Source: Spirochaetia bacterium (GTDB taxonomy: Bacteria > Spirochaetota > Spirochaetia > WTKD01 > G963693115). From it: 64,000 nucleotides of DNA. Below are positions 21,042-30,343 of the stretch, one piece after another; position 1 is the first letter of the stretch; the number at the start of each line of letters is the position of its first letter. The notes below the pieces were generated by a model. That model was not told the origin of the DNA and searched no databases. It worked only from the letters and a program-made list of their open reading frames with translations. The translations under genes were made by a program, and so were the position numbers. The stretch is from contig CBDDCA010000006.1 in the NCBI GenBank assembly GCA_965226055.1, positions 96,001 to 160,000 on the forward strand, read 5' to 3'.

Positions 21042-21254
21042 TTAGTTTGATCTGAAATACGTCTTAGTTTTTCTCAGTCGTTTTTGCAATTTACGTTCAA
21101 GAGATTTTTTTCTTCTATTACGTATAGTAGAAGGTTTTTCGTAATATTCTCGTTTTTTCCATTCACGTATAATACCTTCTCTATCAACTAAACGCTTAAA
21201 ACGCTTAATTGCTTTTTCTATTGGTTCTGTATTACCTACTTCAATATGTGCGAT
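21042..21254 (-). CDS. rpsU: 30S ribosomal protein S21 (missed by ORF track; apparent ATC start)
   Basis: Manual translation (M)AHIEVGNTEPIEKAIKRFKRLVDREGIIREWKKREYYEKPS...; AGGAGG 6 nt upstream of ATC. Confidence 0.92.
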   Translation of the reverse strand: MAHIEVGNTEPIEKAIKRFKRLVDREGIIREWKKREYYEKPSTIRNRRKKSLERKLQKRLRKTKTYFRSN

Positions 21255-21292
21255 TCTATTCCTCCTTATAAAAAATTTCTAACATCTATGTA

Positions 21293-22297
21293 TTACTCTA
21301 CTGCTAGTATAAAGACTTTGTCAAGTACTCCCATACTTAAAATTGGATCTATTCTTACATTATTTACACGTAATTCCCAATGTAAATGAGGACCTGTGGA
21401 AAATCCAGAATTTCCTATTTCTCCAATTATCTCATTTTTGTTAATTCTATCATTTTCTTCTACCCGTATATCACTTAGATGATAAAATAGGGAGTATACT
21501 CCCGGAAAATGAGAGACAACAATAGTATTTCCTGTTACAATTCTATTTCCTGTAAAGACAACCCTGCCTTTTGCTGGAGAAAATACAGGAGTTCCTGTAC
21601 TGGCTGCTATATCTATCCCTCCATGAATAGAAGAGGAAAGAACATTTCCTGTCACATCAACAAATAAACGCTCATCAGAATACATACCAGAGAAATATTT
21701 ATACGATTTTACAGGGAGTATAAAATTATCATATGCAAAATAATCATCCTCAAATACCTTTTTTGTAAGCTGCCACATGTTCTTTGCCTGTTCAACAACT
21801 TTTTTATGATAAAATGTACTGCGTTTTGTAGAGAGGTTTTTATTTAATACTATACGCTCTTCAAAGGTATTTCTCTCCTTTAATAGTATCACCTGTTTTG
21901 CTAAAAAATCAGATGTCTGAGCGTGTTTCTCTGAAGATACAGAAGCCAGTACAAGTGCATACGATCCATGTACAATGCCATGAGGAATACCAATCAAAGC
22001 AAATTGAGTGCTATCTTTCTCTAAAAGTGGTGCGCTCACCACCTTTTTGTCTCGATACATAAGCTGTATTTCATAGTTTGGATCTACAAATGCATCAAGT
22101 ACTACTACAATGGTTTCGCCTACCATCGCTTCCATCATACTGTTATCGTGAGTACTTAAAAAATGTAAATCATCTCTTTGTAACACAGAAACATCATATT
22201 CCTCTTGAGAATCCAGCACTCCCTTCTCTTTTGCATATACTATGCTCACATGCACTGCAGAAAATATAGCTATAATAAAAAAAATATAATATCTCAT
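21293..22297 (-). CDS. M23 family metallopeptidase
   Basis: HGGID, GFSTGPHLHWE motifs; signal peptide. Confidence 0.92.
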   Translation of the reverse strand: MRYYIFFIIAIFSAVHVSIVYAKEKGVLDSQEEYDVSVLQRDDLHFLSTHDNSMMEAMVGETIVVVLDAFVDPNYEIQLMYRDKKVVSAPLLEKDSTQFALIGIPHGIVHGSYALVLASVSSEKHAQTSDFLAKQVILLKERNTFEERIVLNKNLSTKRSTFYHKKVVEQAKNMWQLTKKVFEDDYFAYDNFILPVKSYKYFSGMYSDERLFVDVTGNVLSSSIHGGIDIAASTGTPVFSPAKGRVVFTGNRIVTGNTIVVSHFPGVYSLFYHLSDIRVEENDRINKNEIIGEIGNSGFSTGPHLHWELRVNNVRIDPILSMGVLDKVFILAVE

Positions 22298-23413
22298 CTA
22301 GTGATAGTCCATTTCTGTTTTGAAGTATTCTTTATTATAGATTAATTCACCTATTATATCTTTTTGTATAACAGATATATCCAATAATGTTTGTATTGCT
22401 TGCTCTATTGAATGAGTAGAAAATAGCTGAGATTTTTTATCAAAATACCTTAAAAATTTTTTTTCAATATCCTTAAGAGCAATAGCGTTTGATGACTCTT
22501 TCACTATTGCTATAATAGTTACATAGAGTTCAATATGCCTTATATCATCATCTACTGTATCTAAAGGCTTTTGCAATAATGTATTGAAAAAACTGACAGT
22601 CAAATCTAGAGTTTTTTTTATTTTATGTGCCTGTTTTTTTACTGATTCACTTACAATTATTTGCCATATAGATTTTTTCATAGTATCAACAGATTCTTTT
22701 TTATGATAATTTCTATACTCACGAAGTTTCTCATATTCATTATGTACATTTAAGGAATAAGGTCCACGATGATATTCTATAAAGTGTTTGAAATATTCTT
22801 TCCCTAAATATACATTTACCATGTAACATGCTTTCTGAATAACTAATTCATCCTTTATTGACAGTTTTTGTTCAAGAGATAAAAAAACTATCCAAGAGAG
22901 CGATGGCTTTAGGCTTGCAAGACTCTTACTCTCTCTCTCTGATATATCTTTTGGCGATTCTCCATATATTTGTATAGTAACAGCATCTAAGTGTTGTAGC
23001 TTGCTTTCTATTAAATTATATACTTTTTTCCATTCTAGCCCACCATTCCCACAACCTAACTGAGGAATAGCAATACTTTTAATGGTAGGTTTTTTTTTCA
23101 AATATGCTACAAGTGAATTTAAGCCATCTTCTATGTATTTGTATTCAGATTTTTTTTTCCATTCATTTTTGGTAGGAAAATTTATAATAATAGGCGTTTC
23201 TTTTTCATAAGGAAAAATAGAGCCTATGACTAGCTCCCCATTTTTACAAGCACTAATATAGGCTTTATTATTGTTAGGAAAATGTTTCTTAAATTGATAT
23301 GCTAGCCCCTTTCCCATATATCCTTCACAATTTACAGTATTGACAATTGCATCTGTTTTTGCTACCAATATATCATTATCTGTTACAAAATGTATATGTT
23401 TAGATATTGACAT
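22298..23413 (-). CDS. darG: DarG-type macrodomain antitoxin (DNA ADP-ribosylglycohydrolase)
   Basis: AIVNTVNCEGYMGKGLAYQFK, IINFPTK, PQLGCGNGGLEW; C-terminal QKACY/GPYS region. Confidence 0.85.
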   Translation of the reverse strand: MSISKHIHFVTDNDILVAKTDAIVNTVNCEGYMGKGLAYQFKKHFPNNNKAYISACKNGELVIGSIFPYEKETPIIINFPTKNEWKKKSEYKYIEDGLNSLVAYLKKKPTIKSIAIPQLGCGNGGLEWKKVYNLIESKLQHLDAVTIQIYGESPKDISERESKSLASLKPSLSWIVFLSLEQKLSIKDELVIQKACYMVNVYLGKEYFKHFIEYHRGPYSLNVHNEYEKLREYRNYHKKESVDTMKKSIWQIIVSESVKKQAHKIKKTLDLTVSFFNTLLQKPLDTVDDDIRHIELYVTIIAIVKESSNAIALKDIEKKFLRYFDKKSQLFSTHSIEQAIQTLLDISVIQKDIIGELIYNKEYFKTEMDYH

Positions 23414-23903
23414 GAACTTTTTCCATACCCTTTTGTTGTAGTAATGCTTCTATTTTACTCAAAAATGTTTTATTTTGCTCGCCAATATACACAGCTTTGA
23501 GCTGAGAAATAAGAACACGATATTTTACTAATATTTCCCCTTTATCTGTATCAATATCATCTTTTTTATTATCATAATTTTCCAAAGTAAACGAAATTCC
23601 TTTACTACTTACTGGATGCCCTAAAGTAAAATAATTAGTTTCGGCATAAAAATCAGTTACATAAAAAGCAAGATTAATCATTCCTTTATCTTTATTATTG
23701 TTTCTAACAGCGTGAGTATACGGGGTATTCATAGTAACGTGAAATGGCACATAATCATTCCATATACCTCTTTTAGCAATAATATCCTCGCTAGCTGTGT
23801 CTTGGTATGGTTGTTTAAGTTTATTTCGGCAGTAGATATATCCTGTATCTAATATTGACTTAAAATTCTCTACACTAGTGAGATGGTACATATAAAGCCC
23901 CAT
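23400..23903 (-). CDS. darT: DarT-type ssDNA ADP-ribosyltransferase toxin (DUF4433)
   Basis: YHLTSVENFKSIL, DYVPF, GEILV motifs; overlaps the darG start. Confidence 0.75.
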   Translation of the reverse strand: MGLYMYHLTSVENFKSILDTGYIYCRNKLKQPYQDTASEDIIAKRGIWNDYVPFHVTMNTPYTHAVRNNNKDKGMINLAFYVTDFYAETNYFTLGHPVSSKGISFTLENYDNKKDDIDTDKGEILVKYRVLISQLKAVYIGEQNKTFLSKIEALLQQKGMEKVHVNI

Positions 23904-23917
23904 ATGATACTCCTATT

Positions 23918-26050
23918 TCAGTTATTACAATACTCCATTTCTTTGATAATAAGAGTAAACTGTTCTTGACCATTGTACTCATCAATCTTAATGGTACATA
24001 AAAAAGATACAGCTTTCGTTTTTTTAAGAACTTCTATACTCACCCCTTCTCTATCATAATTCCACACTATAGCAGGAATATGATATTTCCCAATTTTTAC
24101 TATCAGTTTAAGATGCTGTCCTGTATCTCCCATCATATCAAAGCTCGCTATTGAAATGTTTTGCATTAGCAATACAATAGGAGGCCATTGTTCACCAAAA
24201 GGAGCAAGAGTAGTGATAATTTCTTTTAGCTCTTGTACATTAAAATATTGCTCTGGTATTTCTAAATCAATATTCGTTGATTCATTTGTGTCTTGTTGCT
24301 CTGCTGCTCTCATTAAAATAGGCACATGCTGTTGTATGTGTTGTATTACTTGCGTGTACTGATGTTTATAAAAGGAAAATCCTGCTGCTGCCTTATGTCC
24401 TCCTCCATCTATCAATAGAGGCCGAAGATGCTCTATAAGATGTGTAGCATTCATATATTTTTCACAACGGATGGAAGCATTCATTACATCATCATCTAGC
24501 TTTGTTATAACAATGGCAGGCACAGTATACCTCATGAGTATAGTGTTTGCAAAAGCACCAGTAAATGAGTGAGGAATATCTTCGTTATGTACAATAACAA
24601 AGTGTTTATTCTGCTCTAAACTCTCTGCTGCTTGCGTATACACTTGCTCCTTACATGTATCCATTTGAGATATTCGTTTTTTATTGAGTACAATAAGCTG
24701 TTCCACATACTCCGATGCTTTTTTTGTATCTTCTTCAAGCAATAATTTCACTGCAAGGTGAGCCTGTCCCATCCGCCCTGATGCATTGATAACAGGAGCA
24801 ATTTTCCACCCTATTGTCTGAGCATTTATTGGCTTATTATACAACTTTAATGCTCTCAATAGAGCATCTAATCCACAATTAGGAGAAGATTTCATTGTGG
24901 ATATCCCTTGTTGAAGAATAATACGATTTTCATTTTTGAGGGGCATAATATCTGCTATAGTAGAAATTGCAGCTATATCAAACACCTCGTCAATAGCAAT
25001 AGAAAAGCAAGGCATAGCCTTAATCATTATTTTCGTATACACTGTAAACAAAATTTCAATCTCACTCATAGAAGAGGGAGAAAATGGACCTACTATTTTC
25101 TTTTCTTTCAGTTCAAGTAAAGAATTAGCAGCAAGATGTGGATAATTTTTTTTCCAATCTTCTTGTATATCAGTAAGAAAAATATCAAAAGAGTTTCCCA
25201 AAAATTTATACATCAATGTTTCTTGTATATTTGCATTAAATACATATATGGGTATATTTGATAATGTAGATTGTAACTCTTCTTTCGCTTGCTCCAACTG
25301 ATGTGACACAGTGATAGTTTTTCTCCACTTTTGTACTGCATTTCTTACACATATAAGTTCAATGTTCAGTACATCATTCAGTGGCACTGCGTTTAGTAGA
25401 CAAATATCTTGTTGATACAAAGGAGTCTGTGAGAACAATAAAGCAGTATACAGTTTAGCAGCTAAAACACCTGCACTAATGCCCTCAAAAGGATAGCCTT
25501 GTTCTTTTATTTTTGCATTTATGATTGCATATGCTTCAGGAATATCTTTTCCCGGAGTATGATGATCAAATATAAGTACATCCATTCCCAGAGAATGTGC
25601 AAAGTCCACCTCTTTATGACTACTTATGCCACAATCTATTGTTATAATAAGTGATATATTTCTATCATAAAACTTCTGTATATCCTCTTTACTAAAGCTA
25701 TATGCATGCACTCCTGTTGGCACCTGCCATTCAACATGTATTCCTAAAGATTGCAGGGCTTTTACAATGATAGTAGTACCAGTAATGCCATCTACATCTT
25801 TATCGCCATATACAAGGACATATTCTCCTTCTTCTTTTGCTCTCAGAATCCTATCTACCGCCCGTTCCATATCTTTAAATAAAAACGGTTGATGTAAATT
25901 ACTACTATCAAGAAAAAAATAGAAAGGCAATTCTTCTTTTGTGAGAATACCCCTACGAATTAATATTGTAGCCATTGGCACACTCATATTATATTCTTTT
26001 ACAAATGATCTTACGAGAGTTTTGTCAACAGCAATTTTATTCCACTTCAC
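23918..26050 (-). CDS. recJ: Single-stranded-DNA exonuclease RecJ
   Basis: YGDKDVDG, DHH, GGGHKAAAG. Confidence 0.95.
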   Translation of the reverse strand: MKWNKIAVDKTLVRSFVKEYNMSVPMATILIRRGILTKEELPFYFFLDSSNLHQPFLFKDMERAVDRILRAKEEGEYVLVYGDKDVDGITGTTIIVKALQSLGIHVEWQVPTGVHAYSFSKEDIQKFYDRNISLIITIDCGISSHKEVDFAHSLGMDVLIFDHHTPGKDIPEAYAIINAKIKEQGYPFEGISAGVLAAKLYTALLFSQTPLYQQDICLLNAVPLNDVLNIELICVRNAVQKWRKTITVSHQLEQAKEELQSTLSNIPIYVFNANIQETLMYKFLGNSFDIFLTDIQEDWKKNYPHLAANSLLELKEKKIVGPFSPSSMSEIEILFTVYTKIMIKAMPCFSIAIDEVFDIAAISTIADIMPLKNENRIILQQGISTMKSSPNCGLDALLRALKLYNKPINAQTIGWKIAPVINASGRMGQAHLAVKLLLEEDTKKASEYVEQLIVLNKKRISQMDTCKEQVYTQAAESLEQNKHFVIVHNEDIPHSFTGAFANTILMRYTVPAIVITKLDDDVMNASIRCEKYMNATHLIEHLRPLLIDGGGHKAAAGFSFYKHQYTQVIQHIQQHVPILMRAAEQQDTNESTNIDLEIPEQYFNVQELKEIITTLAPFGEQWPPIVLLMQNISIASFDMMGDTGQHLKLIVKIGKYHIPAIVWNYDREGVSIEVLKKTKAVSFLCTIKIDEYNGQEQFTLIIKEMEYCNN

Positions 26051-26195
26051 TGATACTATTATACACTGTAAAGCATATTATTGATTGAATATCCAATACA
26101 TTGTTAATAATATTATGTCATTCTGCACATATAGCGTGTAACTCGCAGGTAGCTACACGAGATGGTTACACTCCAATTTTTTTCATAATAAGTAC

Positions 26196-26224
26196 TTGAA
26201 AGCAAAATATAAAAAGAGTATACT
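26196..26224 (+). promoter_or_regulatory. Sigma70 promoter of tRNA-Phe
   Basis: TTGAAA-N17-TATACT ending 11 nt before the tRNA. Confidence 0.7.
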
Positions 26225-26235
26225 AGTATATGTTA

Positions 26236-26308
<73 letters not shown>

Positions 26309-26419
26309 TATTTTTTCATCTCATAAATACTGCATAGCTATTGTATAACCACTGTGTAAGCACAAGGATACTTCAGCCATTCTTTGTATTACTTTATAGC
26401 ATGTATACTTTATGTTCTC

Positions 26420-27322
26420 CTATACAGCATACGCCATATCTGACTTATTAAACATATCTCTTAGTTTTTGTAATGCTCTCTGTTCAATTTGTCTAATTCG
26501 TTCTTTTGATACATTGTATTTTTTACTCAGCTCATCAAGAGACACTGCATTCCCTGCTATCATACCATAGCGATGTTTAAGAATATCAGAATCTCGTTTT
26601 GGAAGAAGATCGAGATATGTTCTTAAGTGATATTTCATCTCTTTATCCAATACATTTGTTTCTGGATTTACAACATTATTATCAGGTATAGTATCTCCTA
26701 TAGTGGCAACTACTGAATCTGTATCTGTATTACCTGAAATATAACTATCAAGAGAAATTACTTCTTGATTTGACATCATGATGTTGTATAGATTCTTTTG
26801 CGGTATATTTAATACTTGAGAGATATGCTGATATTTTTTCTGTTCAGAACATACAGCAAACTGTCTATCATTTTGCATTTTATTTTGTACCTTATAAATT
26901 TCTCTCATGTCTCGAATTTTATTCATAGGTTTTTTAATAATAGCACTAGTGTGTATGAATTTATTGATATAATACTTAATCCAAAAAACAGCATATGAAA
27001 TAAAGTTATTCTTTTTATGAATATCAAATTTATCAATAGCCCGACACAACCCTAAACATCCTTCTGATATAAGCTCTCCAATGGCTTCTCCTGAATACAA
27101 AAATTGCTTGGCTACCTTTATTACAAAAGGCATGTTTGATTCCATAAGCGTATTTCTTGCTTTTATATCTCCTACTTGTGCTTGCATGAGCAATCTTTTT
27201 TGTTCAAGCTCTGAGAGCACAGATACATTATGTAATGATTTACTATCATTATTACCTTGAATATATATTTTTTCCCCTCTTTTTTTATATATACTGTTTT
27301 GATCTCCTTGATCCATATACAA
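26420..27322 (-). CDS. rpoS: Sigma70-family alternative sigma factor, RpoS-like
   Basis: Region 2 (ISEGCLGLCRAIDKFD, FISYAVFWI) and region 4 (SKERIRQIEQRALQKLR); no region 1.1; TTG start with AGGAGG; sigma54 promoter upstream. Confidence 0.75.
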   Translation of the reverse strand: MYMDQGDQNSIYKKRGEKIYIQGNNDSKSLHNVSVLSELEQKRLLMQAQVGDIKARNTLMESNMPFVIKVAKQFLYSGEAIGELISEGCLGLCRAIDKFDIHKKNNFISYAVFWIKYYINKFIHTSAIIKKPMNKIRDMREIYKVQNKMQNDRQFAVCSEQKKYQHISQVLNIPQKNLYNIMMSNQEVISLDSYISGNTDTDSVVATIGDTIPDNNVVNPETNVLDKEMKYHLRTYLDLLPKRDSDILKHRYGMIAGNAVSLDELSKKYNVSKERIRQIEQRALQKLRDMFNKSDMAYAV

Positions 27323-27366
27323 TCCTCCTAGATTTTTTAGTATATTTTGATATGTAATAATATATA

Positions 27367-27382
27367 AGCAACTACAATGCCA
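27367..27382 (-). promoter_or_regulatory. Sigma54 (-24/-12) promoter
   Basis: Minus strand TGGCAT-TGTAG-TTGCT versus consensus TGGCAC-N5-TTGCW, 45 nt upstream of the start. Confidence 0.85.
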
Positions 27383-27844
27383 ATTTCATGTTTTTGCCCT
27401 ACATGTGATACAAAAGTATACATTAGCACTATTTATACAACAATAGTTTTTATAATATATAAAACTAAATTATTGTAACACAAATATTTAATAAAATATA
27501 ATCACTATTCATACTCATTTAATAGTATAAAATATATACTTTTATATACAAAAACTACATTCTTAGCTCTAAAACACTATTTCGTAATACATACAGAGTA
27601 TATTGTTGCTATATGAGTAAAAAGCACACACAAAAACATAAAAAAGCATAAATGTGTATTAAAATAACACATTTCCATACAATATATAGATGATATTGTG
27701 TAAAAATGCATCATATTATGCCTATAGTCTACTTATTTTAGCATGTATTATGAAAATGAAGTGGCATACCATATGTCAGTTTGCCTTAAGGCATGGTATG
27801 TATTTAAGGCAAGCAGCGATAAAGAAGGAAGAGAATATTACCTG

Positions 27845-28798
27845 TTATCTTGGTTTATATTGGTATTTTTCAAATCTAAGAGAAAAATATGCATCGTGAC
27901 TACCACTTTTTGTATTAAAAAATCGTATACCTTTGTTTGATTGTAGTAGTTCATATATTATTTGTTTATCATCTTCAGATGTTTTTAATCCAAAAATAAT
28001 TTTTGTAATACGCACCCCTTTCATATATGTTCCTTTTTCATACTCCTGCCGTTTCCCAAAGAGAATAAAGCGCTGTTCATGCTCATATTCCCATCTTTCT
28101 TCTTTAATGGCAAAGAGATGTGTTATATCTATATTGCCTGTTTTATCCAAGAGATGCCCTTTACTGTTTGCTTGTGTATTATTACTAAACTGCATACCAG
28201 CCCCATTAGAAAAAGAAAGCAAAGACTTAATGTTGTTTTGTGTATCATCACCATACAGCACATTAGTATGCAGTATCTTTCCTTGTTCTAGTAACTTCTT
28301 TGTTATCTCATACTCTATGCATATTCCTCTGTGGCTATCAGCATAATGACTAAACAAGAGTGTATTGTTTATTATCTCATTAGGTTTATCCTCAAGCACT
28401 TCTCCTTCTGGAGCAACGAGGGATAGTATATATGGCGTATACTCATCCTGCAATACCTCCTTCTCAAAATCCTTCTCTACATTAAGCAAAGGACATTCAA
28501 AAGGATCGTTCAGTGATGGAACATCACTGAAGTATATTTCATGCCTCTGTAACATGTTTATTGTATCCAGATTGATAGGTCTAAATTTATACCCTATTTT
28601 AGTCTTATAATGCTCTTTTTGTTGCTGACATTCTATATTAATTGCTATTGTAATATTTTTTCTTGCTTCTTCGTATTTTTTTGATAAGTATTGTGTAAAA
28701 CCTCTGTTAAAATATCCTATTGCTATCTGTTTACCCATAGTTATTAGTTTTTTCATACTGGTATTGTGCATTTCCTCCATTGTTATATGCTTCTGCAT
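27845..28798 (-). CDS. DUF2971-like protein with one N-terminal TPR
   Basis: YKFR, LNDPFE, LLFSHYADSHRGICIEY, KxxxWEYEHEQR, IIFG; start uncertain, overlaps the upstream TPR gene. Confidence 0.75.
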   Translation of the reverse strand: MQKHITMEEMHNTSMKKLITMGKQIAIGYFNRGFTQYLSKKYEEARKNITIAINIECQQQKEHYKTKIGYKFRPINLDTINMLQRHEIYFSDVPSLNDPFECPLLNVEKDFEKEVLQDEYTPYILSLVAPEGEVLEDKPNEIINNTLLFSHYADSHRGICIEYEITKKLLEQGKILHTNVLYGDDTQNNIKSLLSFSNGAGMQFSNNTQANSKGHLLDKTGNIDITHLFAIKEERWEYEHEQRFILFGKRQEYEKGTYMKGVRITKIIFGLKTSEDDKQIIYELLQSNKGIRFFNTKSGSHDAYFSLRFEKYQYKPR

Positions 28799-30248
28799 AT
28801 TGTAGATCTAGCTCTATCACTTTATCATAATCTTTTATTGCTTCTTCGTACTGATATTGTACTCTTTTTGCATTGCCTCTATTGTTGTATGCTTCTGTAT
28901 ATTGTGGATATAACTCTATCGCTTTGTCGTAATCTTTTATTGCTTCTTCATACTTTTGTAAATCAGCTTTCGTAGCACCTCTGTTATTGTATGCTTCTGC
29001 ATATTGTAGATCTAGCTCTATCGCTTTATCATAATCTTTTAGTGCTTCTTCATACTGATGTAATAATTTTTTTGCATTACCTCTGTTATTGTATGCTTCT
29101 TTATATTCTTGGTTTTTCTCTATTGCTTTATCGTAATCTTTTAGTGCTTCTTCATATCGTTTTAATTCAACTTTCACATTACCTCTGTTATTGTATGCTT
29201 CTTTATATTCTAAGTTTATCTCTATCGCTCTATCGTAATCTTTTAGTGCTTCTTCATATCGTTTTAATTCAGCTTTTACATTGCCTCTGTTATTGTATAC
29301 TTCTTTATATTCTAGGTTTATCTCTATCGCTCTATCGTAATCTTTCAGTGCTTCTTCATAATGGTGTAAATCAGTCTTCACATCACCTCTACTATGATAT
29401 GCTTTTGCATATTGTGGATTTAGCTCTATTGCTTTATCGTAATCTTTTAGTGCTTCTTCATATCGTTTTAATTCAGCTTTTACAAGTCCTCTGTTATAGT
29501 ATGCTTTTACATCTTTTGAATTTATCTCTATTGCCTTGTCGTAATCTTTTAGTGCTTCCTCATACTGATGTAATAACTTTTTTGTATTACCTCTGTTGTT
29601 ATATGCTAATATATACACTGGATTTAGCTCTATAGCCTTATCATAATATTTTATTGCTTCTTCATATTGTTTTAATTCAGCTTTCGCATAGCCTTTACTG
29701 TTGTATATTACTGCATCTTCTGGTTCTAACTCTATCGCTTTGTCATAATCTTTAATCGCTTTCTCGTACTGTTTTAGTTCAGTTTTTACAATGCCTCTGT
29801 TATGGTATGCATCTGCATATTGTGAATCTATCTCTATAGCCTTATCATAATCTTTTAGCGCTTCTTTATACTGATGTAATGATTTTTTTTCATTACCTCT
29901 ATTGTTATATGCTAGTATATATTTTGGATCTAACTCTATTGCTTTATCATAATCTTTTATTGCTTCTTCATATCGTTCTAATTCAGCTTTCGCAATGCCT
30001 CTATTGTTGTATGCTTCTGTATATTGTGGATATAACTCTATCGCTTTGTCGTAATCTTTTATTGCTTCCTCATATCGTTCTAATTCAGCTTTCGCATAGC
30101 CTCTGTTATAGTATACTTTTACTTTCTCTGCTTTTGTTGATTCAACTGAGTTAATAATATCTGTTAAAACAATGATACTTTCTTCATATTTCCCTGAAGT
30201 AAAAAGTTGCTCTGCTCTTTTATGTGAGAAATCTATATTGCTTGCCAT
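28731..30248 (-). CDS. Tetratricopeptide repeat protein (about 13 tandem 34-aa TPRs)
   Basis: AYNNRGxxKxxLxxYEEAxKDYDKAIEL repeats, 102-bp periodicity. Confidence 0.92.
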   Translation of the reverse strand: MASNIDFSHKRAEQLFTSGKYEESIIVLTDIINSVESTKAEKVKVYYNRGYAKAELERYEEAIKDYDKAIELYPQYTEAYNNRGIAKAELERYEEAIKDYDKAIELDPKYILAYNNRGNEKKSLHQYKEALKDYDKAIEIDSQYADAYHNRGIVKTELKQYEKAIKDYDKAIELEPEDAVIYNSKGYAKAELKQYEEAIKYYDKAIELNPVYILAYNNRGNTKKLLHQYEEALKDYDKAIEINSKDVKAYYNRGLVKAELKRYEEALKDYDKAIELNPQYAKAYHSRGDVKTDLHHYEEALKDYDRAIEINLEYKEVYNNRGNVKAELKRYEEALKDYDRAIEINLEYKEAYNNRGNVKVELKRYEEALKDYDKAIEKNQEYKEAYNNRGNAKKLLHQYEEALKDYDKAIELDLQYAEAYNNRGATKADLQKYEEAIKDYDKAIELYPQYTEAYNNRGNAKRVQYQYEEAIKDYDKVIELDLQYAEAYNNGGNAQYQYEKTNNYG

Positions 30249-30343
30249 ACATGTTGCCTCCTATTATTTCTAATACCAGTGTAGTACATATCAGCGATAT
30301 ATGTGGAAATTCCACCTATTTTAGTATTATAAAGCTCTTTTTA

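Noticed and set aside
27690-27940. Small + strand ORFs between rpoS and the DUF2971-like gene
   Set aside because: No RBS or recognisable motifs; they overlap the antisense strand of a real gene.
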